Below, one piece after another: positions 60,090 to 64,000 of a DNA stretch of 64,000 nucleotides (positions within the stretch are counted from its first letter, which is position 1; each line of letters starts with the position of its first letter). The translations under genes and the position numbers were made by a program. Source of the DNA: Candidatus Helarchaeota archaeon (lineage in GTDB: Archaea; Asgardarchaeota; Lokiarchaeia; Helarchaeales; RDOG01); the NCBI GenBank assembly GCA_019058315.1, contig JAHPZH010000001.1, forward strand, positions 343,536-407,535. The letters run 5' to 3'. The notes beneath the pieces were generated by a model, which saw only the letters and a list, made by a program, of their open reading frames with translations, had not been told where the DNA came from and ran no database searches.

Positions 60090-61715
60090 ATGGTGGGTAA
60101 TTTGATAAAGCGGAAAATTTTTTACTTGATCCTTTTTAATATGTTTCTAATTTCAAGTGTAGTTCTCACAGATTCTTCGTTCACAATAAATGGTTTAATG
60201 ATATTAAACAATAGAAGTTCTAATTCAAACTTAGGTTCAAGTGGAATACCCTACTTATCGTGGGATCCGGCTGGAGTTAGCATATGCCAAGCAACTAATT
60301 TACAATATGAGGCTGAGATATGCAGTGATGGTCAAGGTGGTGCAATTATTGTATGGAGAGATCAAAGAACTGATCCCGATGGAGATATTTATGCACAGAA
60401 AATAAATTCAACTGGAAATATTCAATGGACAGGTAGTGGAGTTCCAGTACACATAACTACTGAAGCTGAAGATAATCCTCAATTATGTAGCGATGGGAAT
60501 GGGGGAGCTATAATAACTTGGGATCATGATGGTATATCAAGTGGTGAAGACATATATGCACAAAGAATTAATTCCACAGGAGATTTTCCTTGGGGAGGAG
60601 TTAAGATGATAAGTACTCAAACGAATGACCAATATTATCCTGAATTATGCATGGATGGTGATGGCGGTGCAATAATAACTTGGGAACATTATCGAACAAT
60701 ACCCCTTTATGATATATATGCCCAAAAAATCAATTCAAGTGGTGGATTTCCTTGGGGGTCAGAAAAACAAGTTTGTACGGCATCTAACAATCAGATTCTT
60801 CCTAAAATTTGCAGTGATGGAGCAGGTGGTGCAATTATTGTGTGGTGGGACTATAGAAGTGATGCTGATGGAGATATATATGTTCAAAAAATTAATTCAA
60901 GTGGACAAACCGAATGGACTAATAATGGCACTATCATACATGCAACGATATGGGAGGAAACAGCTGCGCAAATTTGCTCTGACGGTTTAGGTGGCGCAAT
61001 CATAGTGTGGCAGCATGATGGAGTTTCAACTGGTTTGGACATATATGCTCAACGAATCAATTCTAATGGAGGCATAGAATGGACAGCCGGGGGTGTGGAA
61101 ATATGCACTAATAATTCTGATCAACAAAATGCTCAAATTTGTAGTGATGGTTCAGGGGGTGCAATTATTACTTGGGATGATCAAACAAGTGGTTATGACA
61201 TCTATGCTCAAAGAATCAATTCAAAGGGTGCTGTAGAATGGAAAACTAATGGTGTACCTATTTGTGTCGCAGCTTCAGATCAATATTTTCCAGAAATTGT
61301 CAGTGATGGGGTAGGGGGTGCGATAATTGTTTGGCAAGATTATAGAACCGGAAGTACTTCTGACATTTATGCACAACGGATAGATTCAAAAGGAAATATT
61401 CAGTGGAATTATAATGGGATGTTAATAATTGGTGCAAATGATCTACAACAATACCCTAGATTATGCAGTGATGGAAATGAAGGTGCAATCATCACATGGC
61501 AGGATGATAGAGCAGAAACTAGTGCTGATAACATTTACGCACAACGTATAGAAGATATACCCTTGTCTTCAGAACATGAACCAATTTTAATACCGATAAT
61601 ATCTGGTCCAAATGTTTTCGATTCTATATTATCACTTGTTGGAATAGGGATTATTGCTGCAATTGCTGCCTCAAGTGTCGTTATTACTATAATCATCATG
61701 AAAAAAGCTAAATAA
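60090..61715 (+). CDS. Single-pass beta-propeller surface protein (SDGxGGAIIxW..DIYAQRI repeats), paralog of 52796..54421
   Basis: Same eight-repeat architecture, signal peptide and C-terminal TM. Confidence 0.9.
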   Translation: MVGNLIKRKIFYLILFNMFLISSVVLTDSSFTINGLMILNNRSSNSNLGSSGIPYLSWDPAGVSICQATNLQYEAEICSDGQGGAIIVWRDQRTDPDGDIYAQKINSTGNIQWTGSGVPVHITTEAEDNPQLCSDGNGGAIITWDHDGISSGEDIYAQRINSTGDFPWGGVKMISTQTNDQYYPELCMDGDGGAIITWEHYRTIPLYDIYAQKINSSGGFPWGSEKQVCTASNNQILPKICSDGAGGAIIVWWDYRSDADGDIYVQKINSSGQTEWTNNGTIIHATIWEETAAQICSDGLGGAIIVWQHDGVSTGLDIYAQRINSNGGIEWTAGGVEICTNNSDQQNAQICSDGSGGAIITWDDQTSGYDIYAQRINSKGAVEWKTNGVPICVAASDQYFPEIVSDGVGGAIIVWQDYRTGSTSDIYAQRIDSKGNIQWNYNGMLIIGANDLQQYPRLCSDGNEGAIITWQDDRAETSADNIYAQRIEDIPLSSEHEPILIPIISGPNVFDSILSLVGIGIIAAIAASSVVITIIIMKKAK

Positions 61716-61816
61716 TTTGTAAATAAAAATTCGGATTAATACAATCTCTCTTATTTTTTTATAAGAAAAATAATTCCAGTCATTACCTGATTGATTGGAT
61801 CTGCTCGAAGTATCAT

Positions 61817-62614
61817 TTATTTCATTATATCTTCAATCTTGTCCGCTATTTGCTTTAATGTAACACAATAGGGATGTTTTTCATCCTTAAGAATAAGCAT
61901 GTATTCACTTAAAGTGCTTTGGACTTCACATGAACATGGGATAGTACCAATTATTTTATTCTGAATTTTAGCGATTTTTTCTTCAATTTCTTTATTTTTT
62001 TCCACAAATGCGGCAGGAACCATATTAAGAATAATGTGATTTTCTTTTTCCAATGATTGGTAAATCTCCGAAACCATATTATCAGTACCACTTAAATCAG
62101 CTTTGTTAAGTGTAGAAAGTAATAATACCAAATCAGCACATACAATAGCATTTATCGACCAATATTTAATTCCAGGGCTAGTATCAAAAAATAGATAATC
62201 AATATTATGTTCCTCAAATAATTCTTTTTTTGCTTTCAATAGTACTTTTAATGCATTCATTTGCCATTTTCGTCCAGCAGTTTCAAAGAATTCAAAAACA
62301 TCTCTTCCTGTATTCATCAACCCTAGATATAAATTCCCTTTTAATTTAATACCTGATTCAATATCTTGTCTAACGGGGGTCAAATATTCCATAATTGAGC
62401 ATTTTTTATCTAAAAATTCTTTAAGATAGTAGTTAGATCTTTTAGATTCATCGATATAATGCTCAAATATGTAATTTAAACTTGGAGCACCAATATCGAA
62501 ATCAATCAGAGCAACATTTTTGCCCCTCATGGCTTGAATAATTGAAAAATTTGAAACAAAATAAGTCTTTCCTGTTCCCCCTTTATAAGAATGGATTGCA
62601 ATTGCTCTTGCCAT
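61817..62614 (-). CDS. MinD/ParA-family ATPase
   Basis: Deviant Walker A KGGTGKT, LIDFD..AP, FFDTSPG, ILNMVP. Confidence 0.92.
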   Translation of the reverse strand: MARAIAIHSYKGGTGKTYFVSNFSIIQAMRGKNVALIDFDIGAPSLNYIFEHYIDESKRSNYYLKEFLDKKCSIMEYLTPVRQDIESGIKLKGNLYLGLMNTGRDVFEFFETAGRKWQMNALKVLLKAKKELFEEHNIDYLFFDTSPGIKYWSINAIVCADLVLLLSTLNKADLSGTDNMVSEIYQSLEKENHIILNMVPAAFVEKNKEIEEKIAKIQNKIIGTIPCSCEVQSTLSEYMLILKDEKHPYCVTLKQIADKIEDIMK

Positions 62615-62625
62615 TTTTTATCCTC

Positions 62626-63018
62626 CTATTTAACTGTAGAGAAATAAGCGAGTCTCCCCTTTCTTTCTTTTTTAACATATCCAAGTCGAACTAATTCATT
62701 GAGATGAGCACTTTCTACTGCACGTTGCAACCCTGTTTTTTCGGCAACTTCATTTGCTGTAGCTTCTCCAAGTTCCATCAATGTAGTGGCAGTGTCTTGT
62801 AAGGGTTTTGAAAGCTTAAGCAATTCTGTTACATCTAAAGCTTTTAATTGTCCAACACTCGCCCCTGCTAAAAATTGGTCTAATTTATCAATAAAAATGT
62901 CAAATTTTGAATCAATTGATGCTAAAAGCAGCTTAATTTCCTTGAGCTCTTTTGAAAGCCCATCTTGATCTTGAATTATAATCACCAAAATTTTTATTTG
63001 TATAATTGTAGAACACAA
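62626..63018 (-). CDS. Coiled-coil + winged-HTH DNA-binding protein
   Basis: ATANEVAEKTGLQRAVESAHLNELVRLGYVKKERKGR; likely start near GTG 62985; ends 11 bp before the ATPase start (ggagg RBS). Confidence 0.85.
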   Translation of the reverse strand: MCSTIIQIKILVIIIQDQDGLSKELKEIKLLLASIDSKFDIFIDKLDQFLAGASVGQLKALDVTELLKLSKPLQDTATTLMELGEATANEVAEKTGLQRAVESAHLNELVRLGYVKKERKGRLAYFSTVK

Positions 63019-63115
63019 AGGTATATATATTTTGTTAAAATGAGGAAAAAATAGAATTAGTATAATATAACCTAAAACAAATTTAATATTCTTATAAATT
63101 AGTGTAGGAAAAAAA

Positions 63116-64000
63116 ATGATTATAGCTGTAGAACCATTCTTTTTTAAATTAATTGGAACACAAGAAAAACAAATTTCAAAGTTAATTCCAATAATAAAAG
63201 CGATACTAAAGAATTTGCCTACCGAGGATCTTGAAAGAAGAGTATTTTTAAGAAAATTTACTGGTGAAGGGGATCTAAAAGGAATTCTAGATTATGTTCC
63301 TAGTGATACTAAGATAATCGAATACAACAAATTAGATTTAGAAACTGAAGATTACAACGAAGATTTTATTATTGGTCCATTAAATATGGATGAATTACAA
63401 CATTTTTACAAAAAAATATTAAACAATAATGTTGCTATCTATCCATTCACTCACAATTTAATCAACAGCAAATTTTTTAGAAATATTATGTTTTATCCAC
63501 ACGTTCCGGAGATGGTATACGTCCCCGAATTCTCCTTATATCGCATTAAAAACTTTGATTTTAATAAATATTTTAAAGAAAGGAATGTGGAACGTGTTAT
63601 ATTAAAGGATGAATTTGGTTATCACTCAGGTCAAATTTTAAATTATAGAATCGTAAGCGTGGATAAGATCAATGAAGAATTGAAGATATTCAAAGAAAAA
63701 GTTCGATCAGTAGAGGATTTCGGAGGGATAATAGTTGAAGAATTCCTAGCTGGAATTGAAAGTGAGGTTTTCAAAAATCATATTTTTGGGGAAATAATTC
63801 CTAATGAAGTTTTAAATTATAAAATACGCTTGAAAGGATTAGAAGGAGTATTCAAAGCCTATACAAAAGATGAACCCCAATTACTTGATGAGGTAACTAA
63901 TTCAGTTGGAAATATTAGTAAAACTGATATGCAACTACTAAATCCATTTATAAAGCAGTATTTGCCCTATTCTTTTTCCTCAATTGATTTTATGTTTCGA
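63116..64000 (+). CDS. ATP-grasp fold protein (partial, runs off window end)
   Basis: Not in the ORF track. Frame open from ATG 63116 (MIIAVEPFFFK...), with INSK, VPEF, VILKDEFGYHSG, IIVEEFLAG and SSIDFM in ATP-grasp order. Confidence 0.7.
   Translation, partial: MIIAVEPFFFKLIGTQEKQISKLIPIIKAILKNLPTEDLERRVFLRKFTGEGDLKGILDYVPSDTKIIEYNKLDLETEDYNEDFIIGPLNMDELQHFYKKILNNNVAIYPFTHNLINSKFFRNIMFYPHVPEMVYVPEFSLYRIKNFDFNKYFKERNVERVILKDEFGYHSGQILNYRIVSVDKINEELKIFKEKVRSVEDFGGIIVEEFLAGIESEVFKNHIFGEIIPNEVLNYKIRLKGLEGVFKAYTKDEPQLLDEVTNSVGNISKTDMQLLNPFIKQYLPYSFSSIDFMFR

Noticed and set aside
2516-62968. Numerous 60-130 aa ORFs nested in or antisense to long genes (e.g. 7681..8055, 15703..16077, 22981..23370, 48080..48439)
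   Set aside because: They overlap well-supported CDSs and show no motifs of their own.

Overview
AT-rich (~30% GC) archaeal chromosome segment. Gene content points to an Asgard archaeon (Lokiarchaeia/Helarchaeales-like): two Rag/Gtr1-type GTPases with C-terminal roadblock domains, a Rab-like GTPase, longin-like and V4R-like proteins, TPR proteins and many large single-pass beta-propeller surface proteins. I recognised no rRNA, tRNA, CRISPR array or transposase. The most striking locus is 4.4-11.3 kb. Two convergent RagA/Gtr1-like paralogs enclose a TPR protein and a 170-aa coiled-coil/Pro-rich protein. That protein carries a motif matching the beta-thymosin/WH2 actin-binding core at 12 of 19 residues. 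A membrane-anchored longin-like protein lies about 2 kb away. Other contents: Tpt1; an acoA/acoB-like E1-Rab-ggt gene run; a SWIM-ligase-WGR fusion; an 18-kb surface-protein cluster (subtilase-TM-TPR, a propeller-TM-longin gene broken by an in-frame TAA, LVIVD/TSP3, LRR, FG-GAP); tandem RHH regulators with a 16-bp perfect inverted repeat; a sugar cluster (pfkB, Zn-dehydrogenase, divergent PGI); E2 and lipA; an acd-etfB-etfA operon with ferredoxin-fused EtfA; and an HTH-MinD/ParA pair. All calls come from reading motifs by eye. No searches were run.
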